From Basidiobolus meristosporus CBS 931.73 (taxonomy: Eukaryota; Fungi; Basidiobolomycota): DNA of 64,000 nt. Shown here in pieces: positions 6,568-20,720 of the stretch; position 1 is the first letter of the stretch, and each line of letters begins with the position of its first letter. Made by a program: the position numbers and the translations under genes. The notes below the pieces were generated by a model that had not been told where the DNA came from, ran no database searches, and saw only the letters and a list, made by a program, of their open reading frames with translations. The stretch spans positions 1 to 64,000 of the forward strand of contig MCFE01000002.1 of assembly GCA_002104905.1 (NCBI GenBank), read 5' to 3'.

Positions 6568-8789
6568 TGGTATTTTCTTGAGTTGAAGGAGATGTATTGA
6601 TGATGCATAAGGTAGAACTTCAATCCTTTTATGTATTCTCGATTGCCAGCCCTACTCTGACGTGAATACATCTTATCTTTGATTAGCATAGTTAATAGCT
6701 TGGGTGCTGCGGACTATTAGCTCTTAATATAAAGCATCATTTTTGATTAATCTATCACCGAACTAGGTTGAGACTTCTTTCGATCAGCATGCCAGGATAC
6801 CCCCGTTCTTAGAGTAATGTGAGCAACTGCCGCAGCCTTTGACCAGGAAAGGGCTGGCTGTAGTGTTATCCAACTAGTTCGTATCCAGAAATGCCATCCA
6901 TTAGTATCATTCACAGGATTTCTCTCCTTAAACCTTATATAAACCCTATTGTATGCACCAGATCAATTATCTGGTTGTATTACTTGGGTGAGACTTCTAA
7001 AAGTTTAGTGAGAAATGCTGCAACATTATCGATTTCGGAACAACTGGTAGATAATAATTATATTTTTTGTTGCCTATTAGTCTAGTGTCATTGTGCCTGG
7101 CTGTACTAATATTGGGCATCATTGACTATCAAGTAGACTTGGTGCCCAACGCATATTTTTGGGGCTCTTATACATGTGTAAAAGCTTGGATGTCACTAGG
7201 CCCTAAGCCCGTGTCTCAATGATGTGAGATGGGTGAGTATTAGATGAAATGGAACGGATCCCATATGTCATAGGGCTGCATGAAGTAGATCTCTACAAGC
7301 GTAGTCGATAGCAAATTTGTTTTTGAATCAAAGTAGGTTGAATATTTTGTTGCCTTTAGGGAAAGTGAGGGCTACGCTCTACTACAAACTCAAGCTTTAG
7401 GCACCGGTGCCGAGTGCAAGAAGGACAGAGTGGCTTTGTGTCCAGCAAGTGGATTTACATAATTTTCACCAGCATAATACGAAAGTAACCGTATGTGGAC
7501 ATGAACACTTGAATCACCCACAAATGATGATGCGTAGTGCATTATGTTATACATATGCGTATATGTCTCCCGCTACGAGGCTCCGATCTGTATAGCATCC
7601 AGTCAAATCTTGTTTATAGAAGTCACACCCACTAAGGCAATCGCAGGATCATAAGTGATCAAATAGCGTAGTGGCTTGGGTAACCATGGAAGCACGTTCG
7701 CTTGATAATAAGAGAATATCTTAACTTCATAGCGAATGGCTCAACTTCGAATGTATCCTGGGCCCACTATTCATAACCAGCAATTTTTGTATGAGACTGG
7801 ATCATGAACGCAAAAAGATCATTCCATTGCTAGCAATGATAAGAATCAAGAACTCCCTCCACCAACAGTATTCAACTACATGCATGATGTCTAATTCAAT
7901 ACCGTCTGTGTTGAGAACATTGACCAATGTTAACTGGTAGTAAATTGGCATCTGTATCTGTTATTTAATTCTGGAGGAAAACCCACTCTTCACCTAATTT
8001 GTGACATATTCAAGAGTCGATGTTCGTTTGCAGCTCCACGATTTCTCAGAGCAGAAGATCAATGTTTGGCAAGCTCCAAAAACAAGGGATCCACTTTGCA
8101 TGAAATTAGCCACACATTCGCGATTGCCATACATTGTTGAATCAACCGCACCACCACTTTATAAATATGAATTAGATTGTACCTTCGTATACATAAGCCG
8201 GTTGGATCTGGATTCAAGTATCCTTTAATCATCTGTGCTGTATTAACCAGCTAATAAAACATGCATTCTGCTGAAGCAAGATTGATCCAGTTGTGCCGAG
8301 TAATACTGATCCCATTGCCTATCTTGAAGGTCACGTAGGATCAGGCAGGAGGACCGCCATTTTAGTTGCCGCTCGGCCACGTGTCTACCCCTACTGATAC
8401 CTTGATTTTCAAGCTAGTTGATGATGATAGAGGAGACTCTGGACTGGCTATGATCTATCTATTCAGCATTCAGCAGTATTTCTTAACCATACTACGTGAT
8501 AGCTTGCTAACGGTTGCTAAAGGTTTGTAGCAAGCATCGGTTCAATCAGTGCACGGCTCATTATCGAAACGTAATCGCAGCATAACCCTGAAGATGGCAC
8601 CACTAGTATCACTATTTTTGTTATTGCAATCATTACTATTATTGATGCAGCTGTGTCACCAGCATTGCACCCTTTCTCCTTATGATTGCGTTCAATGTAG
8701 TCATTTCATCTACATTGCTACTATTATAACTTTTTCATGGCTATTATTTCTCGTGCAATTTCCATACAATTTCTATCCTTCTTCCATAT

Positions 8790-9940
8790 TTTCTGAAATC
8801 TAACTACATCAACGGCTCCTGTGAGGTCTGGGCTGGGCCGATTGGCATTGTGGAGCTGTAGGGCAGATATCTCAATCCAGTGAGGATAAGTTTGAGAGAT
8901 AGCAGGTAACTGTGTGAGCTTATTCTTCGAGTATACTTAGTTGGCATCACAACAGCCTGTGGGATTTCTGAGGGTTTTTTACTTGCTGGCACTGCCTTCA
9001 GCTTATCCTTACCAGAATCAGGCAATTTCTTTGCAATTTTTCAAGGCTGTACTAACTAAATTGGGTGAATGACCATAAATCTGAATTTTTATACCTTCAA
9101 AGCTACATTATTTTCCTTTATCATAGCGTGTACAGTGGGTTTAGCAATAGGGATGGGTTCGTTACACATCAGATATTCATTTAAATATTCTAGTGGAAGA
9201 ATTGCCAACAATATCCCAATGCTGAAGGGATTGAATATATAGTGTTAGTTACAGGTTTTTGATCGTATATTGAAGTGCTTGCAACGTCCGTGTAGACATC
9301 CTCAACCCCTACTAGAGCAGCATGTACTCGCTTTGCTATGCAATACTACCCCAGATTAGTCATGACACCCATGAAGTAGATTGAATACAGTGTTGGTTGC
9401 GACAGTCAGGGATACACTGGACCTGTGAAAATCCTCGGCGTGTTTGTAGCCACATCTAATACAGTAAACTGCAGCTATACTTTCGGAAGAATGAAAATGG
9501 TCCTCTTTATTTCTACACACTTTGTGTTAAATTGCCCGATGATCAGTTAATCTTGAACATTTGTAGATCGGCTGCAATCTTATTGGTCAGTACTACCGTC
9601 CAAAACAAGCTGGCCTCTCGTTTATCATAGCAATGAATTCTGACATTAACTCGTCGTCGTGGTTTGACTCTCTCGGATTTTTTGTTGCTGCCAAGATGTT
9701 GCTTCCTGTATTCAGCAGGTGAAGTTTTTTTTGCCACCTTGAAATATTTCTTTCGGCATTTCCACAATTTTGAAGTATTGTCAAAAAATTGATACGATAT
9801 TCATTTCCCAACCAGAATGATTTTCTTGCCGATTGGCTGAAAGTAAACCTGACGGATGAAATCCAGGTGCAATGCCAATTAATGGCAACATATCTGTTAG
9901 CTTTAGCCCTTCGCATTATCCCGCTAATGGCTTCTAACAT
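8790..9940 (-). pseudogene. Possible decayed pogo/Tc5-type (CENP-B HTH plus DDE) transposase relic
   Basis: Fragments across frameshifts and stops resemble the family: NAERNISRWQKK...DDELMSEFI, NKIAADLQMFK, CHD*SGV (cf. NMDETP) and YLPYSST...TSQEPLM (cf. LPPNTT..LQPLD). By-eye similarity only. Confidence 0.35.
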
Positions 9941-10099
9941 CGACTCTGCTTGCCTGCATACAGGTTTGATAAGTTGGTTTATTGTAACAATCGAAGACCT
10001 TCATAAATACAATACAAATTGTAAAGAATATGGCAAGATTCGCACAACATCGGCCATTACATTATTTTAGTAACATAGCTTGATACTACTATTTGATGA

Positions 10100-11618
10100 T
10101 TATTTCTTCTTTAGCCTTGCCACAAAAAAGCCGGAGGTGCTAGAAACCAGCGGCTCGAATCGGGCACATTTACTAAGATCAATATCATCAGAGTGTGATT
10201 TTGCTTTTGTGTAAGTAAGATGTTCTATGTGCGGAATGTCTTGGAGTTCACAATCCTGATGATTGCGAATAAACCATTCTATTACCTCTTCATTTTGCTT
10301 GCGGGATAGACTGCAAGTACTGTATACTAATACACCTCCACTCTTGAGTAGCTCCCAGCCTCTGGAGATCAAGTCTTTCTAGTATAAGGTTTAGACCTGT
10401 GCTTCCGATGAGTTTACAGTGATTGTTAGGAATACCTGTAACTTGGTGATGGTGTTGATACGATCCGGATTTAGGAAGTTCTTTTCAAAGTTGTCCCAAC
10501 CCCACTTGTCGTACTGAGAAAGCATTGTAAGTACCTCTGCTGCTCAACCACAGTAAATGATGCTTCTACCTTCAAAATATGAGATATCGATCCATCATGG
10601 GTACATTCAGCGTCAACCAAGATCTACGAAGATAAACTGCTATATCAGTAATCTTACGCCTATGATGGTTTGTAGTGTCGTTCATACCTTGTCATACAAT
10701 AGATCTGGGTGTATGTGCTGCGGGTCATCTCTTAGCAACCGTGGTGCATAGAACGGTTTCTGCGCTTTTTCTGGTACAATGGCATCTTCTGTTACTTGTG
10801 GCCCACTGCAGCCAACCTTCAGATGCGATTTCTCCCCTCCTTTACGGACACATCTGCCAGGATGGACGCAGACCGTTGGAGCATGGATATTAAATGTTGT
10901 TCCGTCATGTACAAACACCCTGGCGCGAAAGACTTTGTACTTCTTTAACAAGCTTCTGCATGTCGCAGCTCGATGCTCTGAAATATCTACTCCCGTTACT
11001 GTCCCTGATCCATCCTTACCGAGGGAATCGGCAATCATACAAAGCTTGGCACCTATAATGAAGCATGTTGGTAAATCAAGGCTGATTTGGTTGCCTCTAG
11101 CGTATCATTCTATACCAGGCGCACAGCACAAGTCCAAAATATGGTCGTCAGGCCTTACATCCAAGGCATATACCGCTAATCCCGAACTTAAATCTATTCC
11201 AAAAACCTTTAACAAGCATTAACAGCTGATCAACGGAAGAAAATTATAGCGACGGCTTACTTTTCCAGCCTTATATCTATAACACAGTAATAAGGCGGTT
11301 ACTACAACTGAGCAGGCGAAATTAGAGTTATAAAATGAACACTCACAAGGCCGAGCTAGCAATCTTTATCGTGCCATCCAAACCATAGAATCCAGGAACT
11401 CCAGGAACCTCCCATATGTCTGTGTTCAGCTCTTTCTTCAGCTCCCCGACTATTTCTTTTTCGTCCAATGTGGGGTTTATCCGAATGTATCTGGGTAAAT
11501 TAACTGACTGTCCGTATATTGTGGGATCGATCTCATTCTCTTCTAAAAATTTTAGGAACGCCGGCGGGAAATTCTGGTCTTTGGCTGACCACTGTTGGCC
11601 TTCACTCAGGGCAGTCAT
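10100..11618 (-). CDS. NOL1/NOP2/Sun-family RNA m5C methyltransferase (multi-exon; span given)
   Basis: Exon ORFs include RYIRINP, VTGVDISEHRAATC, LLYDKV and GGVLVYSTCSLSRKQNEEV (TCS catalytic motif), separated by short GT-AG introns. Confidence 0.85.
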
Positions 11619-12050
11619 GCTTCGACTGTTCGTTGTAAGTCTGTCGACTCTAAAAGCACTGCGTTTTCGCTAGCCAATTTTTTGCGAAATTTCGATGAGC
11701 CAAGTTAGCTAAAAAAAATCGTGTTCAATCGCTAGTGAAGGACAATCACGCAGTGTAAGATCTATATATAGGGCACTAATTTAATCTCGATATGGCCTTT
11801 TTCTTATACGAGGTTGTATTCTCCGAATATCTAAGATACACATTGTTGAGGGCGCCATGTTCTGAGGATCTTAATGTTGCTAAATCTATGCATAATAGAT
11901 TCATGAAGAGGGCATTTTGATTTTTGATCTTTCTTTGTGCGTTGATCTCATCCCATAACCCCTGTCGATTTTTTGTGCCTAAGTGAGGTTGTCGCTCATC
12001 GGAATACGTTCTTCCTTTTCCATTTCCTTGAGTGTTAATTGGAACCTACT

Positions 12051-12528
12051 ATGAGCCAACCAGTTCGGTAAGAAATTTAAGCTACATATTTCCGCGGCCT
12101 ACATGTAATTATAGGCGAATTCACATCCGTGCGTTTCATATATCCATCCATCTGTTTACTCGTGCTCTGCCCTACTTTTGTTTTAAGAAAGTTGACTAAT
12201 ATGCTTTTTACTGTAATCCAGTCTTTACTCTAAGGGCCGTGTTTTGGGCTTCAAGCGTGCCAAGCGTAACCAAAGAACCAACACCTCTTTGGTTCAGCTT
12301 GAAAATGTCTCTACCAAGGAAGATACCCAGTTCTACCTTGGCAAGCGTGTCGCTTATGTCTACCGTGCTAAGCGTGAAATCAATGGCTCCAAGGTCCGTG
12401 TTATCTGGGGACGTGTCACTCGCCCCCATGGAAACTCTGGTGTTGTCAAGGCCAAGTTCAGATCCAACTTGCCTCCCCACTCCTTCGGTGCTAGCGTTCG
12501 TGTCATGATGTATCCTTCCCGTGTTTGA
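12051..12528 (+). CDS. RPL33: 60S ribosomal protein eL33 (L35a); join(12051..12067,12222..12528)
   Basis: The spliced product [18 protein letters not shown]...[26 protein letters not shown]...RVMMYPSRV is a typical eL33. The intron has canonical GTAAG and CAG ends. Confidence 0.97.
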
Positions 12529-14239
12529 ATCTAAGCCGTCCTTATGTTCAAATTGCTGTTGGGCAAGAGGTCTTCAATTTGTACTGAATAAATTTGAGAG
12601 CATCGGAAACAGCAGTAACTAGCAATATGGAGTCTGTCACTGACAACACTCAACAACATGGTTTTCTAGGACCGGCGTCACTTCTTGGTTTCCACATATA
12701 TTAGTCATGAGTACCGTAAGGAAACCCGTAGATTTATTGTGTTGTTAAGTGGAAACATGATCAATCTAGCAGCTACTCACGAGGGTCATGAATTTTGGTG
12801 ATGATTTTGCTCTCATTGTTTGTACTTCATTTATACTGGAGTGTGTATGCGTTGTCCAGAGTCTAAATATGTTGTTTCAACTGTAACTGCTACAATGACC
12901 ACGTGGATAACAGTTTTAGCTCGCGTTAGAGGTGGTTCGGAAAGGTATTACTGACTGGAATTTTCCAAGTTTACCCCGGAAAAATACATGTGAGAGCCTT
13001 TGTTTACTTGGTACAATCGAGTAGAAGGGTCGTAAAAGGGTCCTCGCGCTTTCCTCGCCCATAGAAGCAATTTGTTCCTAAGGTTGATGTAACAGGAACA
13101 AGAGAAGTGCAAGAAAGTAGGTGTTACATCGTAATGATAAATAAAACAAGATGTACACAGGTACTGCTAAGGTAGCTTACCATTCTAGGTGGTTGGTTCA
13201 AAATAATACCGAGCGAAAGTGGCCGCAAATGGAAATGCAAAGGTGTTGGTTTCCTTTAGGAAGAAAGAATAAAGCAATTTGAAAATACCTGAGGCAGATC
13301 TAATAGAAATATGCCGTCTGGTTGCTTGTTTATCATCTGCAGTTGGCATTGGAGCGTGGAAGGGTATGCTAATATTAAACGGATTCGTGCTTACAAGGCG
13401 TTTTGGGATATCAGCGAACTCGACACGCCGTCGTGGTGTATTGGATAGCTCCCAAAGATATCTCAATGACCAACTATTGAAATGAATATATAAATTAACG
13501 ACAAACCAATCAGACCATGGAGAATCATTTTATCATTCCCATTGTTGGATGTGCAAATAATGTACATCAATTGTCGTGTTCAACACCTCAATCACCGTGT
13601 GAGCCAAGTTCTAATGGATTTTGTAGAGCTATGTAGCATATTTTAGGGGTTGTTTTGGGGATGTCGGCTTGAGCCAAGGTCCATTCAGCATCAATGTTTC
13701 AACAGTTCACCTGGATTCTTGTAAGGCAATGACAGTATAGTTTTAACAGGTCTGTCTTCGCCACCATTGTAGCGAGTGCGCAGTTTATCTTGTGAGCAGA
13801 CCACAGAAACCAACGGTCCCATCTATTTCCAAAGCCCCATTAAAGCCGCTTGGTACTATAATTTGGCAGCGAGAGACAGTAAGATTCACATGCATGGAGA
13901 TTTTATTTATTTTAACTTCACCCAGCGAGGTAACTCGTGCTATTGGCATGTCTGATCATTGATGAATAGTTCTATCTGCTAGGTACTTTCCTAATATTTC
14001 AAGTCCAAAGAGAAGGTAAATTTAAGGGTCAGAATAAGAAATAATGGCGACACAAAAGGGTGGTCAATGGGTTTGATATTATATAAGCTTGAAATCAACT
14101 TCAAAAGCGAGAAAGGTTGAAGGAAATACGGGCGTGGATTACTTCAAAATAGCGGAAATAAACTTTGCCAAAAATTGCAACTAATAAAGAATAGATGTTT
14201 TAATTAGATTATTGGTGCTAACCTCGAGGTGCTCCGCGT

Positions 14240-16451
14240 TTACCGAGAAACATATTGAGATTTCTCTGTCAGAGGAGAACTGTGCAGGACCTCTTGCTTA
14301 TGCTCTAGGTTCGCTTGTTTTAAATGCCCACCGCCTATGTTGTGTTGATAGTGCTTTCCGATTCTTTGCTCCCAATGGCGATTGCGATCCCACTCCAAAA
14401 CTCGGACACTCCAGGATATCGAGTGCCAGGTGTCTTTAAGCTCTTGGATTTTTTGCTTCAATACCGTGACAACTCGATCCTTAGTCATGACCCCTGCTTG
14501 ACCATCATTGAGCTTGAGCTGCTGGATTGAAGTAAGGATACCCTTCTTCGCATCGTTCAGGTGGTTCAGATAAGTCAGCATGGAGCGGCGATAAGGCTCG
14601 TAGTTAAGATTGTACATGTGATGATGAAGGGCTTCGAAGTGTTTAAATGAGTACATAGTAAGTCTAGGATGGTGTGCGTAGCTTTCCAAAATGTTGTTGT
14701 TCTCCAATAAACGTAGCGGCTTGACAATGAAGATAATTCTAGCTGTTTCCGGAAAAAACGGAGCGCGCTTTGAAATAGTGGGTGAGTTGGGTATTTGTGG
14801 CTCTCTTGGTAATTTCAGTTCCACCGTTTCTACGTCGTACAAATCCGCCAAACTCAAGTCCAGCCTGGTTATTTGCTGAAGCTTGATGAAACCTCGAAGG
14901 AAATGCAACCGGAACTGTGCTGCATCCGATAGATTTTTGGAGTTTTTCAGAGAATATTGTATGTCTTCAATAGAATTTGTCTCGACATTCTCCTCGCGCG
15001 TGGCGAGCACTGTATTCCACTCACTCTTCGTCAGAGTGGGGTCGTCCCGAATCTTTATCATCGGCATGGTGTGTTTACGATCCTTGGGGATCAGGATATT
15101 CAATCCAGAGGGCGTGGCCTGCAGGTGGAGTAAACTGATATATAGCCCAGGGGAAGGGCGTGTATACCTTGCATTGAATAAACTCCAGGCTTGCGAAAAG
15201 ACTGTGCAGCATGACGCATATACTTCGGTATCCAGACACTCCACAGTACGCCACTTAAGGGTTCCATTCTTGATGGATTCAGCAGCAATCGAAGGAAGTG
15301 AATCGTCGGATACATACTGGAAAGATAGAAGCATCTTGGAGGCGAGCTGAAGCAGATCTAGCGGATGCTCATACAACAACCCGAGCTTAGGTAAGGGGGT
15401 GATTTTCATTAAATTGCAAGCAGCGTCGCAAAAAGCTAGTCTTAAGTCGACATTATAGCCTTGATGCCTAGCTTGGTTATGAACTAGCGGGTTGTAGGTG
15501 TATGAAGTATTGGTGTTTTCCCAATCCATTGCTGCTTTCAGAATCCACACGAAGTCGTCACTCTGTTCGTTGAAATCCTTATCTCCCTTCACCGAGGAGA
15601 ATGACTCGGTAACCAAAACAGTTGGTAACAGTCCGTTACTTGTTTGGAGAATTTTGTGGTCGCTCCGGAATACCATAACGCTCAAGAAGAGGCAATCACG
15701 CCGGAGTTTCGTCTTCAAGGAGGTATAGGATCTACCGAAAAAATTGGAAAATGAACTATGTTTCGGAGGCAACTTCGTTGCTTCGTCGGAATTTCTGGAC
15801 AGAATAGGCTTCATTGTTGCCAATTAGTTCGATGTGTAGTGGTACGAAAGACAATTTTGCTATTTTGTACTTACAAGCTTTGAGGCCATCAACTCAAAAT
15901 AGTCCGGCTTTTTACTCAACAACATAAGGGATTTCTGATATGTCGTTAGTACGGGCTTATTGACGGAGGTATAGATTCAAGCGGAATACATACTCTGGCT
16001 TCGGGAGGATAGGATTCGATGGAATATGCATCGTTGAGCCAGCTATTGAGGGTTTGAGAGTAACTGTAGGTGGATATTCAAATTAGTCTGGATGTCTTGG
16101 GTTGCAAGTTGAACGATCGGGCTTACATTGCGTAGTTCCACTCATCCCAGTACTCAAAATGGTCACAGCACTGCGATAGAACATCTGTTAGTAATTTGCA
16201 TTGACAGAGGCTTTCGGTATGTCCTATACCAACTCAACGGCCTTTCGGATCAGGGTTCCTTGCGGAATTTTTAGATGAATGACCTTTGCCCGAGTCAAGT
16301 CCCTGACACTGATGGTAACATTAGGAGAGCTATGGAATATCTTAGTTAATTGCACCCAAGACTTGATGGGATGTAAATGGTAAAGCTCATACTTGGTGTC
16401 CTCGTAGGCCGATCCATTATTGCTCTTGAAGAGACTTTCGTGGGAGTTCAT
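14240..16451 (-). CDS. Protein with a C-terminal region resembling animal ANKFN1/Wide-awake (multi-exon; 5' end uncertain)
   Basis: 527-codon last exon with PSPGLYISLLHL...IKIRDDPTLTKSEW, LYDVETVEL, FEALH and IQELKDTWHSISW. Upstream short introns are visible near 15.8-16.2 kb. Confidence 0.6.
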
Positions 16452-18817
16452 TTGAATGAAATATGGGATGTAGCGGTGGTATGGAAGAGTGGAGTCTTCG
16501 GAAAGCCTATCAAATGTATCAATATGCCTATAGCGTATGCAGTGAGAAGGGAAGAGAACTAATCGTAGGTAGAGGAAGAGATTGATATGAATCGTGAGGA
16601 AGTACTACGGTGGGTGCTTAAATAAGTGATCTTGTGGTATATCAAGCTCTCGATCGGCTTTGGAACCTGTCCGGTAGATTTTACTCCTTTTCCCTTTAGC
16701 CTAAATGAACGTGACTGCACGCATTGAGATCAAATTTGTATTTGGCGACTAATGTCAGGTTCAACAAGCAAACCATGAATGTGATAAAAACAAGATCTGA
16801 ATAGGATGAATATATTCATGAAGGCCTGCCAGTTTAAAATAATCTAAATCTTCCCACTCTGTTGAACTGAATAAAGAGTTCGATTGAGTTTCCAGCTAGT
16901 GGGTACTTACATACGAGTCATGCGGAGCTTGGAGCCCCTGATTAGTAACTAATATCAACACCAAATTGGTTAAAACTAATCATCAGAATGCGGCGATGCG
17001 ATGCAAGCATGCGTTTCGGAATCTCCAACCATATGCACTTCCTAACGAACAGGATGGCTCTCGTGTAGAAGCGAGTCCGTTCAACCTCACACTTCCCTCA
17101 CAATGTCTTAATAGATTCAGGAGCATGGCCATAACGACTCATGATCACGGTGCTCGCTCAACTTCATCACACGATCTCCATAGACCAAGCGCTCATATCC
17201 GGGATAGTGCCTAAGCTATGTCTCTACGGCCCATTGATTCTTCCTTCGCTTGGCTTTACATCTGGACTGCTATCCGTATGATTTACACTGCTGAACACTC
17301 CGAAGCGGTTAGATTTGAAACAAACACCGGCGGTAGGATGCTTAGATTTGCTTGACACCTTCCTTTCTGAACTTCGTGACACTGCTTATGTGGAACGAAG
17401 CATCTACGATGACCCCATGGTCCAATGTAGCTCCTCAGATACCGTAGGTGGAGGAATGCGAGTCCGATCTGATTGGCTGTATTTCACACTTATGTAGATA
17501 CAAGTACAAATTATAACAAATAAATATCCTCAAACCGAGGTTAATAACAACAACCAACAGAGAAACCAAGTAACGGCCTCTTTTCTGCTGCCTTCATCCG
17601 ATGCCGATGGGTTAAATTCGGCCCAAGAAGGGTAAATTTCTTGACGTGATAATTTAAACATCAACGCCTGATTTTCAGACAATTGAGGCCATTTGGTTTG
17701 ATGTTACAATTGATCGCAGGGTGGCGATATTACTGAAGAACGGATGTCAAGGCACCCAATACCCAGCCAAAACATCCATTTCACTTGCTGGAAACCTCAA
17801 GGTACCGAAACCCTGAACACAACAGAAACGCTGTTGTTTAACACATCATTTTAGGGTCCGCGCCTTGCTTACTGAGGCGGTGACGATTTGTGTTGTACCT
17901 GACTCCACAAAAGACTTAATAGGGTTTTAGAACGGACTCATGCGCTCCTTTTAATATCTTCTCCCTTTTCCAATGTGAGGCGTATCTCAGGAAATATCGA
18001 TATCTGGAGTGCATTTCATCTCCTTACCCCATGGTGAAGTATTGTCCAAATGCCATCCCACCCTAGTTCAGTCAGTGCTGGTGAGTTCAGCACGCGATTC
18101 ACCTGACAACATGGTTTAGACCGTCTAGGGAATAACAGGGTTTGAAGTGGTTTTTCTCCGTCCTCGACCTGCAATTATCCGTATTTTGTTGAGCGACCAT
18201 TTACTCCTTTTCTAGAAATCGGAAAATCCCCATGCTATTAATTACCGAGGAGAGCGTGAATGCCCTTCACCAGGGAAAACTACCCGGGAATTATCGAAGA
18301 TCCGCCTGGCCTATCGCGCTGGTGTGGCTTGAACTCCAGCTCCTTTCATTTAACTCCACCCCCTCTGCCCCCGTCAGCCTGCAGCAAACTTGTCATTGCA
18401 AATGCCGTGTTATAATAGCTCATGGTTGCGCATCAACCTCATGAAAGCAACCCAGGTTTAGATCAGGTGATGTTTTCCTTATTGAAGCTGATTGCAATTG
18501 TAATGATATCATCCATCATGGGTGTATCTGGTTATCCGGAATAGAGGAACATTCTGGATAAATGTGCATGCAAATCTACGGGATTCCTGATGGATTCGCT
18601 CGATATTGATAGTTTATTGGATCTCGCCATTTTCAAGTGTGCCCCAGCGGAACCAGGTTTGATATAAAATCTAAAAAAAACGGTTTAGATCTGCACACTT
18701 TGGGTGGATTGAAAATTTTTTGACTTGGGGGAGGAATGATTAAACCATGTTTTAGGTGTCGACTCACTTTGCCCTTGTTGGTTATCCTCCCACCGTTGAC
18801 GGACTCACTTGTATATT

Positions 18818-20143
18818 ATGCCTCCCAAGAAGCAAGTTAAAGAAGAAAAGGCTCTACTTGGCAGACCTTCCAACAATCTCAAGATCGGTGTTGTTGGCTT
18901 ACCTAACGTTGGGTAATATATTATTCCTTTCTGACCAACTTGCCCAGCGCAGTACTAATCTTTCCATACTTTAGTAAATCCACTTTCTTCAATGCCATTA
19001 CAAACTCGGCTGTAGCTGCTGAGAATTATCCTTTCTGTACCATTGGTATGCTTTACATGTGTATGGCATCTGTGCTACCCAGTTCTAATTTCCCTTGCAA
19101 TCATAGATCCCGAAGAATCCAGAGTCGCTGTTCCCGATGAAAGATTCGATTGGTTGTGCCAACACTTCAAGCCTGCCTCCAAGGTCCCTGCTTTCTTGAC
19201 TGTCATTGATATTGCTGGCTTGGTTAAGGGCGCTGCTGGTGGTGCCGGTCTTGGCAACGCTTTCTTGTCCCACGTTCGTTCAGTGGATGCTATCTTCCAT
19301 GTTGTTCGTGCTTTCGATGAGGAAGACGTTATCCATGTTGAGGGTGAGCTGGACCCTCTTCGTGATTTGGAGATCATCCATGAGGAACTTCGTTTGAAGG
19401 ATGAGGAATTCCTTGCCAAGAAGTATGACTCTTTGGTCAAGGAAACCGTTCGTATTGGTAACGGTGGCAATGCCCAGGATAAGGCCAAGAAGGAGGAGTG
19501 TGCTATTGTCAAAAAGGTTTTGGACTGGGTCGCCATCGAAAAGAAGGATGTTCGTAAGGGAGACTGGAGTAACAAAGAAATTGAAATCATCAACGGCTTG
19601 ATGCTCATTACCGCCAAACCAGTTATCTATCTTGCCAATTTAAGTGAACGTGACTTCATTCGTAAGAAGAACAAGTGGTTGCCCAAGATTAAGGGATGGA
19701 TTGATGAGCATAACCCCGGAGATCAACTCATTCCTTTCAGCGCAGCACTTGAATATCGTATCTCCCTTCTCTCCACTCCTGAAGAGAAGGCCGAGGCTCT
19801 TAAGGAAGCTGGTGTCGATTCCAACTTCCCCAAGATCATTGTTGCTGGATACAAGGCTCTTCAATTGATTTACTACTTCACTGGTGGACCTGATGAAGTA
19901 CGTGCTTGGACGATTCGTAAAAACACCAAAGCTCCACAAGCCGCCGGAGTTATCCACACCGATTTCGAGCGTGGATTCATCATGGCTGAAACCATGAAGT
20001 ACTCCGACCTCAAGGAGTTGGGCTCTGAGGCTGCTGTCAAGGCTGCTGGTAAATATAACCAAAAGGGTAAGGAATACGTTGTTGAAGATGGAGATATTAT
20101 TTTCTTCAAGTTCAACACCACCACTCAACCCAAGAAGAAATAA
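18818..20143 (+). CDS. OLA1: Obg-like ATPase OLA1/YchF; join(18818..18912,18975..19045,19107..20143)
   Basis: [13 protein letters not shown]-loop, [29 protein letters not shown] and the TGS-domain [12 protein letters not shown]. Splicing gives a continuous 400-aa ORF. Confidence 0.97.
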
Positions 20144-20720
20144 ACACCCACTAGATATATCGCTGTTTTAACGATATTGCTCACACACTCACATTCCATA
20201 AATTCGTTTTTAAGTGACCTAGATCCGCTCTCACTCTACGGATTCCATAATTTCGAAAGAACGATACTTTATTTACGCATGTTTTGTGGTGTTACTCGAA
20301 CTACAGAAAACCAACAAAAGTCTATCTATATATCTAAAAGCCAAGCGGGTGATCGAAAAAATCCATATTTGTTACTGAAAACGATAGATTTCTACGTATC
20401 AAACAGAACACGGACTTGTACATGAACAAGTTCGCTGGCTGCGGGTAAATGTGGTTCTCAACTAGAAAAAATACAGGTGATTTAGGGATAGATGATCATT
20501 ACAGGAAATCAGATGGAGGTGATAAGATTCTGTTCAGAGAAATCTTTAAGATAACCGAAGGAATTATGGGACTTGGCTCATACAGTGCAACACCTGTTTA
20601 CAAATTTACGTTTTATACATTTGTGATTTCCTTAACATATTATCGGAGCATACTAGTGATGCTAGAGTCGGAGGAGCTCTGTCAAATATCCAGTTAGTAA
20701 CGGAGTCAGGACAAACGGTG

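Noticed and set aside
6900-8500. Short ORFs between the ankyrin gene and the pogo-like relic
   Set aside because: All frames are interrupted and show no recognisable motifs.
13185-13466. 93-codon ORF downstream of RPL33 on the minus strand
   Set aside because: There are splice-like signals, but I could not build a consistent gene model or recognise a family.
19075-20128. Long antisense ORFs over OLA1 (also over RPL33 at 12208-12480, the desaturase at 23636-23998, the ankyrin gene, and the SSS gene at 63024-63599)
   Set aside because: Shadow ORFs caused by codon bias of the real gene on the opposite strand; no recognisable motifs.
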